This document shows positions 1 to 9,973 of a DNA stretch of 64,000 nucleotides, piece by piece. The notes beneath the pieces are model-generated. The model searched no databases, was not told where the DNA came from, and saw only the letters and a list, made by a program, of their open reading frames with translations. The DNA is from Candidatus Cloacimonadales bacterium (GTDB lineage Bacteria; Cloacimonadota; Cloacimonadia; Cloacimonadales; JAFGVF01), in assembly GCA_963663475.2 (NCBI GenBank), contig CAXXJV010000001.1, positions 1,536,001-1,600,000 of the forward strand. Direction: 5' to 3'. Numbering within the stretch: position 1 is the first letter of the stretch; every line of letters starts with the position of its first letter. The translations under genes were made by a program, and so were the position numbers.

Positions 1-622
1 TTGAATTTAACCCTACACTAAGATATAATTCTTCTTCATTTGTGATAGGGTGTTTGTTTTTATAGGAAGTGTAGGTTGGTTCAAACAGGTGACTAGCTTC
101 TTTATTTAGATTATTATCAAAGTAATAATCATAGAAGATGCCTTCATGAGTTATATCTTCAACAATAGGCATATAATGATTTTTGATATTTTCCCTAAAG
201 TTTCCTATGTCTTTAGCTCCTCCCACAGACAAACCAAGATTGTTAGAGGAATAGTTTTTTCTCACAGCCATACTTCCTCTACTTGAATAACTTAGATTTC
301 CAGGGCGTGACTCTATTTCAGCTGTAGATAATAATCCCATACTAGATTTCATGTCTGTAAGACTTGTCATAGAAACATTTCCATCGCCTAAACTACTTGT
401 CATATCAGAATTTATTTGTCCCAACATACTATTAGTAATTTCACTTTCAGCATTCAGGCTATCGCTAGTGACCTGTAAAGAAGAATCTGTAAGTGCTAGT
501 GAAATTGTATCAATGTTTGTTTGTAGAGAATCTGCGTCTGAAAGCTCACCATTCATTTTTTTACAACCAATAAAAAGTAAAATTATAGACATTAGAAACA
601 TAGCTAATGTTAACTTTTTCAT
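1..622 (-). CDS. Partial lipoprotein, probably YfbK-like/VWA-associated (runs off the window start)
   Basis: ATG at 622 with GAGG upstream. Reads MKKLTLAMFLMSIILLFIGCKK (lipobox-like) ... LGLSVGGAKDIGNFRENI...DITHEGIFYDYYF, resembling the N-terminal region of VWA lipoproteins. Not in the ORF track because it is truncated. Confidence 0.65.
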   Translation of the reverse strand, partial: MKKLTLAMFLMSIILLFIGCKKMNGELSDADSLQTNIDTISLALTDSSLQVTSDSLNAESEITNSMLGQINSDMTSSLGDGNVSMTSLTDMKSSMGLLSTAEIESRPGNLSYSSRGSMAVRKNYSSNNLGLSVGGAKDIGNFRENIKNHYMPIVEDITHEGIFYDYYFDNNLNKEASHLFEPTYTSYKNKHPITNEEELYLSVGLNS

Positions 623-685
623 TTTTAACCTCGTATCTTATTAATTATAAACTATATATAAATTTAAGTATAAGATAGTCAAGGG

Positions 686-725
686 AAAAATAAAAATACT
701 CTGATTAGTTCCTAATCAGAGTATT
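686..725 (-). terminator. Intrinsic terminator after the OsmC gene
   Basis: AATACTCTGATTAG-ttc-CTAATCAGAGTATT hairpin followed by a T-run on the minus strand. Confidence 0.7.
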
Positions 726-741
726 AGCTATTAATTGAGCT

Positions 742-1173
742 TTAGATTTTACAGGTTACCCTAACACCTTTGAGAGTGTCAGAAACTGGGCATCTTTCTT
801 CAATAAGTTCAAGTAGCTTTTGAATATTCTCCTTAGGTGAGGGAGAATCGATATTTATTTTATATCTAATTTCCTGATAGCCAGTTCTCACATCTGGATT
901 AATACCAAGAAATCCTTCAGGGTCTAAATCACCTTCAATATCAACATTACATCCCTTTAAGTCAACTCCACACTTTTTAGCAAAGGCTGCTGCACAGATG
1001 GTCATACATCCTCCTAAGGCATTTAAGAGTAATTCGACAGGGTTCATAGCTTGGTCTTTTCCACCTAATTCTTTAGGCTCATCCAAGCCTACTTGAAAGT
1101 CTCTAGATGTTCCTTGGCTATAAACACCATCTCCTGACCATTTTACATTTGCTTTAAATACAGTCTTAGCCAT
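742..1173 (-). CDS. OsmC/Ohr family protein
   Basis: DEPKELGGKDQAMNPVELLLNALGGC and ERCPVSDTL two-Cys motifs. Confidence 0.9.
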   Translation of the reverse strand: MAKTVFKANVKWSGDGVYSQGTSRDFQVGLDEPKELGGKDQAMNPVELLLNALGGCMTICAAAFAKKCGVDLKGCNVDIEGDLDPEGFLGINPDVRTGYQEIRYKINIDSPSPKENIQKLLELIEERCPVSDTLKGVRVTCKI

Positions 1174-1373
1174 ATTTCCTCCATTTTTTTTCTTTATATA
1201 ATAATGTTTAAAGAATCATAAGCAAGAAAAAAGTCTATTTTTAGCGAGAATAAAAAAAAATATAGAGAAAAAATATGAGATTTAATTATCTGTAAAGTTA
1301 GAAAAAACAGGTTATTATCATACAAAGAGCAGTAAGGAAAAAGAGAAAAAATAAAATAATATATAAAAAAGTA

Positions 1374-1401
1374 TTGACAGAAAATCATGCTTTTATAAAT
1401 T
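1374..1401 (+). promoter_or_regulatory. Putative sigma70-type promoter of the tRNA pair
   Basis: TTGACA-N16-TAAATT. Confidence 0.5.
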
Positions 1402-1428
1402 GATTAAACTTAACTTATACGAAGTATT

Positions 1429-1503
1429 GGTCCAGTAACTCAGTGGTAGAGTATCTGCCTTTTAAGCAGAGAGTCGATGGTTCGAGCCCATCCTGGATCA
1501 CCA
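1429..1503 (+). tRNA. tRNA-Lys(TTT)
   Basis: Acceptor stem GGTCCAG/CTGGATC, anticodon arm TCTGC-CT TTT AA-GCAGA, GGTTCGA T-loop, encoded CCA. Confidence 0.95.
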
Positions 1504-1506
1504 TTT

Positions 1507-1581
1507 GACCCCTTCGTCTAGTGGTTAGGACTCAAGATTTTCATTCTTGCAACAGGGGTTCGATTCCCCTAGGGGTCGCCA
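1507..1581 (+). tRNA. tRNA-Glu(TTC)
   Basis: Acceptor GACCCCT/AGGGGTC, anticodon arm CAAGA-TT TTC AT-TCTTG, GGTTCGATTC, encoded CCA. Confidence 0.95.
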
Positions 1582-1617
1582 AGAGAGCTTATCAGCGTGG
1601 TAAGCTCTCTTTTTTTA
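1582..1617 (+). terminator. Intrinsic terminator after tRNAs
   Basis: AGAGAGCTTA...TAAGCTCTCT followed by a T-run. Confidence 0.8.
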
Positions 1618-1700
1618 TGCAAAAATTAGTTTTATAGAAAAAAAGACTTGTCTAAATTTTACCTGAAAGCAATTATGGCATATGAAAATAAGGGGTAACT

Positions 1701-2333
1701 ATGAATAAAATTAAAACAATATTAGTAATACTTGTTGGCTTAATTGGATTAGTAGCTTGTGAAGAGGGCGGATCTATAAAGATAAACAATCAAACTAGTC
1801 ATAATGTTTATACAGAAATCGAGGGAGTTGAATATACCATAAGTGGATCTGCTTCTAAAAAAGTTAATGTTGATACAAGCAAAAAAATATTTTTATTCTC
1901 AGATGGTCAGACTACTACTGACATAAAATTGGTGGGGGAGACCTATAGAATTTGGGATGAATATAATGATTTTCCTCAAGATTATACAAGCATAACAGTT
2001 ACTGCAGGAGAAACTTATAATATATACTGTAGTCCTACAACTGCTTCAGTTAAAATAGTAAATAATTCGAATAAGACTGTAGATAAGTTAAGTTATAGAA
2101 GTGTTAAACAATTTTCTGTTGGGGAATGGTTCTATATCACTTATGATCCTCCATTAGCAAATGGTCAATTCGCTTATTATCATCTAAATCCCCAAACTCA
2201 AGAAAATAGATTCTTTTATAATTTTAAAGTTGAAGGGCAAGACCAAGTTCTCTATTCTATCGGAGATGAGTTTGAAGGTGTAGAACTTTTTATTGATGAT
2301 CAACATCTGATAGTTATTGAAGAAAACGACTAA
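1701..2333 (+). CDS. Hypothetical lipoprotein (two Ig-like repeats)
   Basis: Lipobox LVAC; repeated (S/A)(I/V)KI(N/V)N motif; GGGG RBS. Confidence 0.75.
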   Translation: MNKIKTILVILVGLIGLVACEEGGSIKINNQTSHNVYTEIEGVEYTISGSASKKVNVDTSKKIFLFSDGQTTTDIKLVGETYRIWDEYNDFPQDYTSITVTAGETYNIYCSPTTASVKIVNNSNKTVDKLSYRSVKQFSVGEWFYITYDPPLANGQFAYYHLNPQTQENRFFYNFKVEGQDQVLYSIGDEFEGVELFIDDQHLIVIEEND

Positions 2334-2464
2334 TAAGGGTTCTTAACTAGGAGGGATTAAGCCCAAGAGTGAAGTAGTTTTTGTTATTTAAAGAATGAAC
2401 ACTCTCTCCTAGAATTCTACTTAAGTAATTTTGTTAAACCAACGATTTAACAGTGGAATAAGCC

Positions 2465-2809
2465 TCAGGAAAAGCCATTTTTGAACCTAATATAGATTAC
2501 TATAGCAAGGGCTATTAGAAGTAAAATAAAGATTATCCAAGAGATAATATCATTTTTAGACTTAGTAAGTTCTTTAAGCACTTCTTTATTAGTTCTGATG
2601 AAATCTTTAGGTAAGTCCTTATAGTTAGCATCATGAACTAACTTATTTCTCACACTGGCAATGAACCTAATTTTCTTAACTAAATCTGGAGCAAGTTTAT
2701 CTTCTACAGAAGTTAATTTGCTATGAAGTCCTTTGCCTTGAGCTCCATAGTTATTGACTAGAGCTTTTTCAATTTTTTTATTATATTCAATTACTTTCCA
2801 TTTATTCAT
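2465..2809 (-). CDS. Small HEPN/DUF4145-like protein with C-terminal TM helix
   Basis: GKGLHSKL...IASVRNKLVH (R-N-x3-H) and a hydrophobic tail. Confidence 0.6.
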   Translation of the reverse strand: MNKWKVIEYNKKIEKALVNNYGAQGKGLHSKLTSVEDKLAPDLVKKIRFIASVRNKLVHDANYKDLPKDFIRTNKEVLKELTKSKNDIISWIIFILLLIALAIVIYIRFKNGFS

Positions 2810-2860
2810 TTTAATAATCCTTAACTCTCCAATAAAGTTCTACTAGACTACTTGTGTTTA

Positions 2861-3093
2861 ACCCAAATAGTGCAGTAGACCTTTGTGAATAGCACTATAT
2901 TCTTCTGCAAAATTAACTTCCATAATTTCTCCGAATATATAAATTATATGCGTAAAAATTCTGTAAGCTATTTTGCTAGAATAATCTGCACTCTTCACTA
3001 AAGCTCTACAACACTACTTGTGTTTACCCCAAATAGTGCAGTAGAGCTTTAGAGAATATTCTGCTATTCTCAAAGAACTATTACATTATTAGG
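2861..3093. repeat. GTAG-type REP doublet (REPIN/MITE-like): full copy (2861-3024) plus short copy (3026-3093)
   Basis: ACCCAAATAGTGCAGTAGACCTTTGTGAATAG...CTCTTCACTAAAGCTCTAC inverted ends; near-identical to the copies at 5008, 12779 and 56141. Confidence 0.85.
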
Positions 3094-3111
3094 CTTTAAG
3101 ATAATATAAGT

Positions 3112-4482
3112 CTAATCATGGATAATGTCAAGACTTTTCCACTTACCTTGTTTGAATCTGTGCAAGAGGACTAAAGAAAAACTTAAGAAGGTGAAGACAA
3201 GAACTCCCCAGCCTGTAACAGCAGACGCATTAAAAATCTTGAGACTAATAAAGAGATTAGCTACTGCTAACCAGTGCATTATTATAAAAGCGAACATAGT
3301 CCAATGAGTATCACCTGCTCCTCGTAAGACTCCTACAAAGGCAACTGTAACAGCATCTGCTAAAACATAGATAGTCGCAAGTCTTAGCATTGATTTAGCC
3401 ATAGGGAAGGCCTGGTGGAATACCTCAGATGCTTGGTCAGGTTTAAAGAAGTTTACTAGCATTTCTGTTGCAAATACATAGAGTAAGAAAATAATTGCTG
3501 AATATACTAAGCCAGTAATTACTCCAGAATAGGCTACCTTAGTAGCTGATTTGATATCTCTAGCTCCCATATACTTGCCAACAAGACTGGTTACTGCTAT
3601 TTGAATTCCTACTAATGGCATAAAAGAAACATAATCCCAATTAAACATTATGGTTGAGGCGGTAGCTGCTATCTCTCCTTCAGAATGAAGTAGTAAAATC
3701 ATAGTAGTAAAGGCAGAGAGACTCATAAAGCTTTCAAACCCTTGGGGAAGTCCATACCAGAGTAGTTTTTTCATAATTTCAGGATTAAACTTAAAGGATT
3801 TAATTATCTGAAAATCTATTCTATTCTGCTTGGAAAAATAGAGAATAAAGAGAACTAAAACCCCAACAAAAGCTCCGATGTTAGTTCCAAGAGCAGCACC
3901 TCGGATTCCTAAAGCTGGAAAACCAAACTTACCAAAGATTAAGGTGTAGTTACAGATAACATTGGTTACTAATGATACTAGGGCTGCTATCATTATGTAT
4001 TTGGTTTTTCCTAAACCAGAGAAAAAACTAGATAAAGCTGTCCTTAATAATAAGAAGATTGAACCCCAAAGCAAGATAGAAAAATAGTCTATCTGAAGAG
4101 GTAATTGACCAGCAGGGATATTCATATGCTGAAAGACTAATCTAGCTAAAGGGGTTGTTATCAGTAGAATTGGGTAAGATATTAAGGCAATTAAAATAGC
4201 TTGAAAAGTAGTCACTGCTGATCTTGTTTTAAAACCAGCTCCTAAATATTGAGCTACTAAAGCTGTTGAATAACTAATTAATCCAGTGAAAAATATCGTG
4301 AAAGTTGCTAAATAAACTCCTCCTCCTAAGGAAGCATTCATGTGATCAGGACTTAACTTAGCTAAGAATATCCTATCCGTAAAAGTCATTAACGCATCAC
4401 ATCCCATAGAAGCAAACATGGGAAGGGCTACTAGTAACATTTCAATTATTCCACCTTTTGGGTGATTATTTTCATTCATCAT
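3112..4482 (-). CDS. MATE family efflux transporter
   Basis: About 12 TM helices; FGKFGFPALGIRGAALGT and GVLRGAGDT motifs. Confidence 0.92.
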   Translation of the reverse strand: MMNENNHPKGGIIEMLLVALPMFASMGCDALMTFTDRIFLAKLSPDHMNASLGGGVYLATFTIFFTGLISYSTALVAQYLGAGFKTRSAVTTFQAILIALISYPILLITTPLARLVFQHMNIPAGQLPLQIDYFSILLWGSIFLLLRTALSSFFSGLGKTKYIMIAALVSLVTNVICNYTLIFGKFGFPALGIRGAALGTNIGAFVGVLVLFILYFSKQNRIDFQIIKSFKFNPEIMKKLLWYGLPQGFESFMSLSAFTTMILLLHSEGEIAATASTIMFNWDYVSFMPLVGIQIAVTSLVGKYMGARDIKSATKVAYSGVITGLVYSAIIFLLYVFATEMLVNFFKPDQASEVFHQAFPMAKSMLRLATIYVLADAVTVAFVGVLRGAGDTHWTMFAFIIMHWLAVANLFISLKIFNASAVTGWGVLVFTFLSFSLVLLHRFKQGKWKSLDIIHD

Positions 4483-4730
4483 TTTTTTACCTCAATAACA
4501 ATTTATCAGTCAAATGACAGAAAACTTCAACTGGTATTTTGGGCAAGAAAGAAATAAATAAAATAGTTAGTTGACTGTTGAGAATAGGAGGATCTGCACT
4601 CTTCTCTAAAGCTCTATTGCACCATTTAGGTTAAAATAGAAACTAGCTCTTTGGGTAATAATTATCTGATCAAGAAATTTACATAACTCAAGTAAAAAGC
4701 TATTTGAAATTCTACAAAGATTCTTGTAGC

Positions 4731-4807
4731 ATCCTTAATCCTTCCTTTACGGTCTTTCGATGAAAGTCCGCTTTTCATCGAAAGACCGTAAAGGAAGGGT
4801 TAAGGAT
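4731..4807. repeat. 35-bp-stem hairpin repeat (second copy at 55970-56046)
   Basis: ATCCTTAATCCTTCCTTTACGGTCTTTCGATGAAA-loop-TTTCATCGAAAGACCGTAAAGGAAGGGTTAAGGAT. Confidence 0.85.
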
Positions 4808-4812
4808 GGATT

Positions 4813-5290
4813 AACCAAAATAATACAGTAGACCTTTGCGAATAGCTCAATATTCTTCTGCAAAATTAAGATCTATAATTTCTCTGAATATATATTATAT
4901 GCGTCAAATTTCTGTAAGCTAATTTGCAAGAATAATCTGCACTCTTCACCGGTGATAGTTAGCTTTAGCCAAGTATTACTAAAGTTCTACTGCACTATCT
5001 GGCTTAAACCCAAATAGTGCAGTAGACCTTTGTGAATAGCACTATATTCTTCTGCAAAAGTAACTTCCATAATTTCTCCGAATATATAAATTATATGCGT
5101 CAAAATTCTGTAAGCTATTTTGCTAGAATAATCTGCACTCTTCACTAAAGCTCTACTACACTATCTGGGTTAAAAAATTGATAAAAATATTGACAGATAA
5201 TTTTGAATAAAGCATATAAATTCTAATAATGCAGTAGCTTTTGAGAATAGAAGAATATTCATCACTAAAATCCTACTGCACCATTAGGGA
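4813..5290. repeat. Tandem GTAG-REP doublets (4813-5004, 5008-5170, short copy 5222-5290)
   Basis: Same terminal arms and internal spacer as the 2861 copy; the first copy carries an extra ~30-bp insertion. Confidence 0.85.
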
Positions 5291-5318
5291 TAAAAGACAT
5301 AAAAATGAGGTGTGAAAA

Positions 5319-5891
5319 ATGAAAAAGTTTTTGATTACATTCTATATAATCCTAATAAGTTCTTTATTGCCTGCAAAATCAGGTCTTACAACAGAATCTT
5401 ATATTTATCAGAACCAGAATAATAGATACAAGAAGTATGGCTTTATGCTTGCCTATGCACCTGTAAATGAGGCTTATTCAGCTAAAATATACGGCATTCC
5501 TGAAAATAACATGCTCTCGACTAATTTTTCTTATTTTTCCCTGTATCATGCCAGGAAAGGATCTTTTAAAGGTGGTGAATTTGATGATTCTCCTCTTGAT
5601 TTCTGGGTCAAGGAAGACAAGGATATCTATAGAAAATATATTGTTAATCTAGGTGTTACTCAAGGCTTAACTGCTCAAGGAGGCATATTTTTAGCTTATT
5701 ATGCTGGACTTGGTCTATCTGAGGAATTTCACCAATATAAATCTTCTTATGGAAATTATTGGTTTAAAAATGAAAATAAAATGATAGGGGATATTGGTAT
5801 AGAGTTAAATGGCAGATTGAGTTTAATCAACTTTGGTATAGGATTTTCATATCAATCCCTATATTATCTGTCAGCAGGATTGGAGTTTTAG
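5319..5891 (+). CDS. Putative small outer-membrane beta-barrel protein
   Basis: Signal peptide, alternating Gly/aromatic strands, C-terminal YLSAGLEF. Confidence 0.65.
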   Translation: MKKFLITFYIILISSLLPAKSGLTTESYIYQNQNNRYKKYGFMLAYAPVNEAYSAKIYGIPENNMLSTNFSYFSLYHARKGSFKGGEFDDSPLDFWVKEDKDIYRKYIVNLGVTQGLTAQGGIFLAYYAGLGLSEEFHQYKSSYGNYWFKNENKMIGDIGIELNGRLSLINFGIGFSYQSLYYLSAGLEF

Positions 5892-6077
5892 GGGAAAATA
5901 TAAAAAACAGTAGAACTTGTCGATGACTATATGTTCTACTGTGATAGATGGTTCATTTTTAATCCTGTAATATTGTTGATAATTACTAAATCAAGGTCTT
6001 TAACAATATAATGCGATATTCCTCTTGCGAACTATATTTATCTGCTCTCTTCACAAAAGTTCATCTACATCATCACC

Positions 6078-8150
6078 TTAGAAAGAGTACTCAACCATTA
6101 ACTTGGTCCAAAAGTTATTATGTAACTCATCAGTTCTTTCATTAATAGTATCTGCACCGTAGGAATAACCACCAGACAACTCAATATATTTGTTAAATTT
6201 AAAGAGAAGATTTGCATATAGCCCAATATGATCAGTGTAATTATACTCGTGTCCATTTGCATCAATATATTTACCAGAATAATTATTATAGCGAATACCT
6301 GTTGTTGATTTCAATATTTTCCCAATATTCATGGTAAGATCGCCATTTATATATTGGTATCCGTTATCAAATTCTTCTTTTTCTGATGAAGATAAATCTA
6401 AGTAGTTCATAGATGTCATTGAGAGGGATAGATCATACCTTTCCATAAATGTATATTGGGCATTTACTGTATTTTTGTAAAGCTTATAAGTCTCATTAAA
6501 ATTATAAATTAGGGATTTACCAAAGGCTGTTGAATAGGTAAAAGATAAATTACTATAATTACTCCAAGTAAGTGATTGTCTAAGGTCTGGTTCATTGAAT
6601 ATCTCGCCAATATACTCTTGTTGATTAAATCTAAGTCCTAAGTCATAGTTAAATCCATTCATAGTTGAAGCCGTTAGGTAGGATGTAGCAGATAAACTTC
6701 TCTTATCTCCATTTTCATGAAAGAAACTGTAATCAATCCAAGAATCAAGGCCAAGATATCTTAATTTTTTAGTATCAAAAATATATTCAAAACTGCTTGT
6801 TAATAGAGTGTAATTTGTTTCATCTATTCTCCCCATATCTGCTGTGAAATTCTTTGATGAAGAGTTACTTGCCAACATTATATTATATTTTGGAGCATAA
6901 TAGTTATATTCTAAGGAAAAATCAATCCCATTAATTGTTTCTGTATCATCTGCTTTATTAGTAGATAAATAAGAATCAATCATTAAGCTATTTTTATCAT
7001 TAAAATAGATTACAGGTTTTATCTGTAGCAAACTATTAGTATAGTCATCTTGAGGATTAAATCTATTTAAAGTTGTAAGCTGTAAACTCCAATTATCGCC
7101 CTTAGGCTTAACATTTGCTACAAAATATTGATCTCCAGTATTATATATTTTACCATTGTCGGTTAGCTTTTCATCTTTAGCATAGAGAAGACCATAGCTA
7201 ATGTTTTGAAGATTCCCTGTAAACTTGGTGGCTATTTCAGGTTGTTGAATATGCCTAGTATAAAACATATAATTAGGTATATCAAAGATAGCATAATCTT
7301 CAGTAAAAAAATATCTATTCTCACTTAAATAAGGAGCAAACTCCAAATTATAGACATCTTGTTCATAATCCAAAGGTACTTCTGAGTAGTCCGGATTAAC
7401 AGATGCTTTGAAATTTAAAGCAGAAGATGGATTATAAGCAAAATCTAATCCAGAATATTTAGCTCCATACTTACTATCCTGATCTAAGTTATTATGCATA
7501 TATGAAGTATATCCTCGACTTGTAATATTAAGCTTACTACGGACAATATCAGATAAAATAATATCAAATCCTTTATCGAAATAGTCATTGCTCATCTTAA
7601 TATCAGTATATGGCCCACTATAAAGATGGTACTTCTTGGTATAAGCTCTGGAAAATGCTAACTTCCACTTGTGAACCTCTAGGTTAGGGTAATTTAGGTC
7701 ATTAAAGGGAATAGTGAAATCAACAATCCACTCACTATCTGTGCAAAAAGTCTTATAAGAGTAATTACTATCCCAATCATTACTGATATTAAGATCAGAT
7801 TTTCTTACTCCATCTAATAAAGAACCATTTGGATAAGCATAATAGATATAACCAAATCTATCCTTTGGTGAAACAACAACTTGCACTCTTAAATAATCCG
7901 CTTTCTGATAAGTCTCATGATTAACTAAATTTCCAAAAATCATATCTTCATTCTTAGCCATCACAGCGTGAATGTAGAGATTCTCTTTGTCATAAGAAGC
8001 ACTAATGCTTATTGGTTCAATAAGTTCAAGCATATCATTAGGTTCATTTCTCATAAATTGACTTTGATCTGCTGTGAGGATGTTTTCTCCCCAAATTGAT
8101 GCACATAACAACCATAGTAAATTACCCAACAATATTTTAAAACTAGCCAT
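6078..8150 (-). CDS. DUF5916-like protein: CBM9-like N-domain plus outer-membrane beta-barrel
   Basis: Signal peptide; WIVDFTIPFNDLNY; ASVNPDYSEV...ENRYFFTE...FYTRHI motifs; C-terminal VEYSF. Confidence 0.75.
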   Translation of the reverse strand: MASFKILLGNLLWLLCASIWGENILTADQSQFMRNEPNDMLELIEPISISASYDKENLYIHAVMAKNEDMIFGNLVNHETYQKADYLRVQVVVSPKDRFGYIYYAYPNGSLLDGVRKSDLNISNDWDSNYSYKTFCTDSEWIVDFTIPFNDLNYPNLEVHKWKLAFSRAYTKKYHLYSGPYTDIKMSNDYFDKGFDIILSDIVRSKLNITSRGYTSYMHNNLDQDSKYGAKYSGLDFAYNPSSALNFKASVNPDYSEVPLDYEQDVYNLEFAPYLSENRYFFTEDYAIFDIPNYMFYTRHIQQPEIATKFTGNLQNISYGLLYAKDEKLTDNGKIYNTGDQYFVANVKPKGDNWSLQLTTLNRFNPQDDYTNSLLQIKPVIYFNDKNSLMIDSYLSTNKADDTETINGIDFSLEYNYYAPKYNIMLASNSSSKNFTADMGRIDETNYTLLTSSFEYIFDTKKLRYLGLDSWIDYSFFHENGDKRSLSATSYLTASTMNGFNYDLGLRFNQQEYIGEIFNEPDLRQSLTWSNYSNLSFTYSTAFGKSLIYNFNETYKLYKNTVNAQYTFMERYDLSLSMTSMNYLDLSSSEKEEFDNGYQYINGDLTMNIGKILKSTTGIRYNNYSGKYIDANGHEYNYTDHIGLYANLLFKFNKYIELSGGYSYGADTINERTDELHNNFWTKLMVEYSF

Positions 8151-8179
8151 GCTACTACTCCTTTTAGCTACAATTTACA

Positions 8180-9856
8180 TTATCCTACTTTAATCTCTCT
8201 ATTTATGTATCCTGAAATTATGTCTTGATGAGAAGTTATTATAATTGTCTTGGACTTGAATAAATCAAAGAGAAGACTTAAAATATTATTAGCATTTTCA
8301 ATATCTAAGTTTGCTACCGGCTCATCAAGAAGAATAATTTCTGGATTACAGAGAAAAAGTCTAGCAATAGCGATTCTCTGTTTTTCACCTCCAGATAACT
8401 TTTCTCCATAATTTCCTCTCAAGGAGTATAGTTCTTCATTAGTATTCAAATATTCAAGCTTTACTTTTTCTAATACATTTATCACTTCTGAATCGGTTGC
8501 TTTGGGATTACCATATCTGATATTCTCTATTAGAGGTAGATCATACATATAACTCTCTTGAGTTAAATAACCGATTTTTTTTCTAAGCAACTGAGCTGGT
8601 ATTGATTTGATTTCATAGTTGTTAAGTAAAAGAGAACCTTGATAATTATCCTCTAATTTTGTAAGTAAATTTAGAAGGGTTGTTTTTCCAGAACCACTTG
8701 CTCCTACGAAGGCAACTTTATCTCCAATATTTATATCAAAGGATAGATTGTCGATTATATAGTTATTATGAGCTGTGTCATGTTTGAAAGAGATATTTTT
8801 AAACTGAATTATTGGATTTGAGAAACGTGTAAATATATTTCCTTCTACTATATCGACTATTTCTGCTTTGTTTTCACAATCAGTAATTACTTGAGTAATT
8901 TTTCTATAGGAGACAAATGAGCTTATGATGGAATTATAATATCTTGTGATATTCATAAAAGGAAGATAAAATCTACCTAAATATTGAATGAATACTATTA
9001 AACCTCCTACAGATAATTCATTATTCTTTACTAAATTTATTCCTACTACTATTATGATAACATTTATGATTATCCGGGCACCACTGGTAAAGGGAAAAAT
9101 TAATAGATGTAAATTAAGTCCCTTCTTACCAGTCTGAACATATTCTGTTATTAAATTATTGAATAAACTATCCTCTTCGTTTTCTTTAATAAATAACTTA
9201 AATAATTTATAATCTTTAAAACGACTTATAATCGTCGATTTTATTTTTGACATTTGCTCTCGTTCAAGGTTTGATAAGGCATATTGCTTCTTCCCAAAAA
9301 AGTAACCATTAAAAATAACTAACGGGACAGGTATTAACATTATCAAAGTTAGTGATTTAGATAAGTTAAAACAAACGAACGCCATTATAATGGCAGTAAT
9401 CAAATCAACAACAATTCCATTGATTGGACTTATTATAATATCTCTAATTGCTTCCACATCTGAAATAATCAAGGTAGATGCCTCTCCAGATGTCATTTCT
9501 TTTAAATACTTCGGCTTTACCCTAAGTAACTTAGAATATAATGTTTTCCTAACATCAGCTTTAACCTTGTACCCATATAAGGTAACTAAATAACCTCGTA
9601 TTAAGGATACTATGAAGACCCCTAAGGAAACAATTAAATAAGCAATAACCAAGAAGTTAACTATTGACAAACTACTAAGATTATGAAGAAAACTCAGACT
9701 ATTCTCAATGAGATAATTACTAGTGCGAGATTTTCCAGTTAAGTTATCAATCAATATGCCAAATACTTGCTGAGGCAAGACAGTAACAAAAGATTCTAAG
9801 AATACTAAAAATACTATTATAATAAATGTAGGACTTTTAAGATATTTTAATAACAT
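8180..9856 (-). CDS. ABC transporter ATP-binding/permease (exporter, no C39 peptidase domain)
   Basis: N-terminal TM domain; GASGSGKTT, LSGGEKQR, ILLDEP. Confidence 0.92.
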   Translation of the reverse strand: MLLKYLKSPTFIIIVFLVFLESFVTVLPQQVFGILIDNLTGKSRTSNYLIENSLSFLHNLSSLSIVNFLVIAYLIVSLGVFIVSLIRGYLVTLYGYKVKADVRKTLYSKLLRVKPKYLKEMTSGEASTLIISDVEAIRDIIISPINGIVVDLITAIIMAFVCFNLSKSLTLIMLIPVPLVIFNGYFFGKKQYALSNLEREQMSKIKSTIISRFKDYKLFKLFIKENEEDSLFNNLITEYVQTGKKGLNLHLLIFPFTSGARIIINVIIIVVGINLVKNNELSVGGLIVFIQYLGRFYLPFMNITRYYNSIISSFVSYRKITQVITDCENKAEIVDIVEGNIFTRFSNPIIQFKNISFKHDTAHNNYIIDNLSFDINIGDKVAFVGASGSGKTTLLNLLTKLEDNYQGSLLLNNYEIKSIPAQLLRKKIGYLTQESYMYDLPLIENIRYGNPKATDSEVINVLEKVKLEYLNTNEELYSLRGNYGEKLSGGEKQRIAIARLFLCNPEIILLDEPVANLDIENANNILSLLFDLFKSKTIIITSHQDIISGYINREIKVG

Positions 9857-9973
9857 GAATATTCCTTAAGACATAATAATTTATTAAATGAAATTTTAAA
9901 ACAGGGTTATCGTCAAGTATAATTTCTAATTGCTGTAAAAAATACAAACAATTTTAATTAAATATTATGAATC

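Noticed and set aside
351-644. 97-aa plus-strand ORF
   Set aside because: Antisense shadow of the minus-strand lipoprotein gene that starts at 622.
2861-5290. Clustered repeats as a CRISPR array
   Set aside because: Units are inverted-arm elements with conserved interiors and irregular spacing; there are no unique equal-length spacers and no cas1/cas2.
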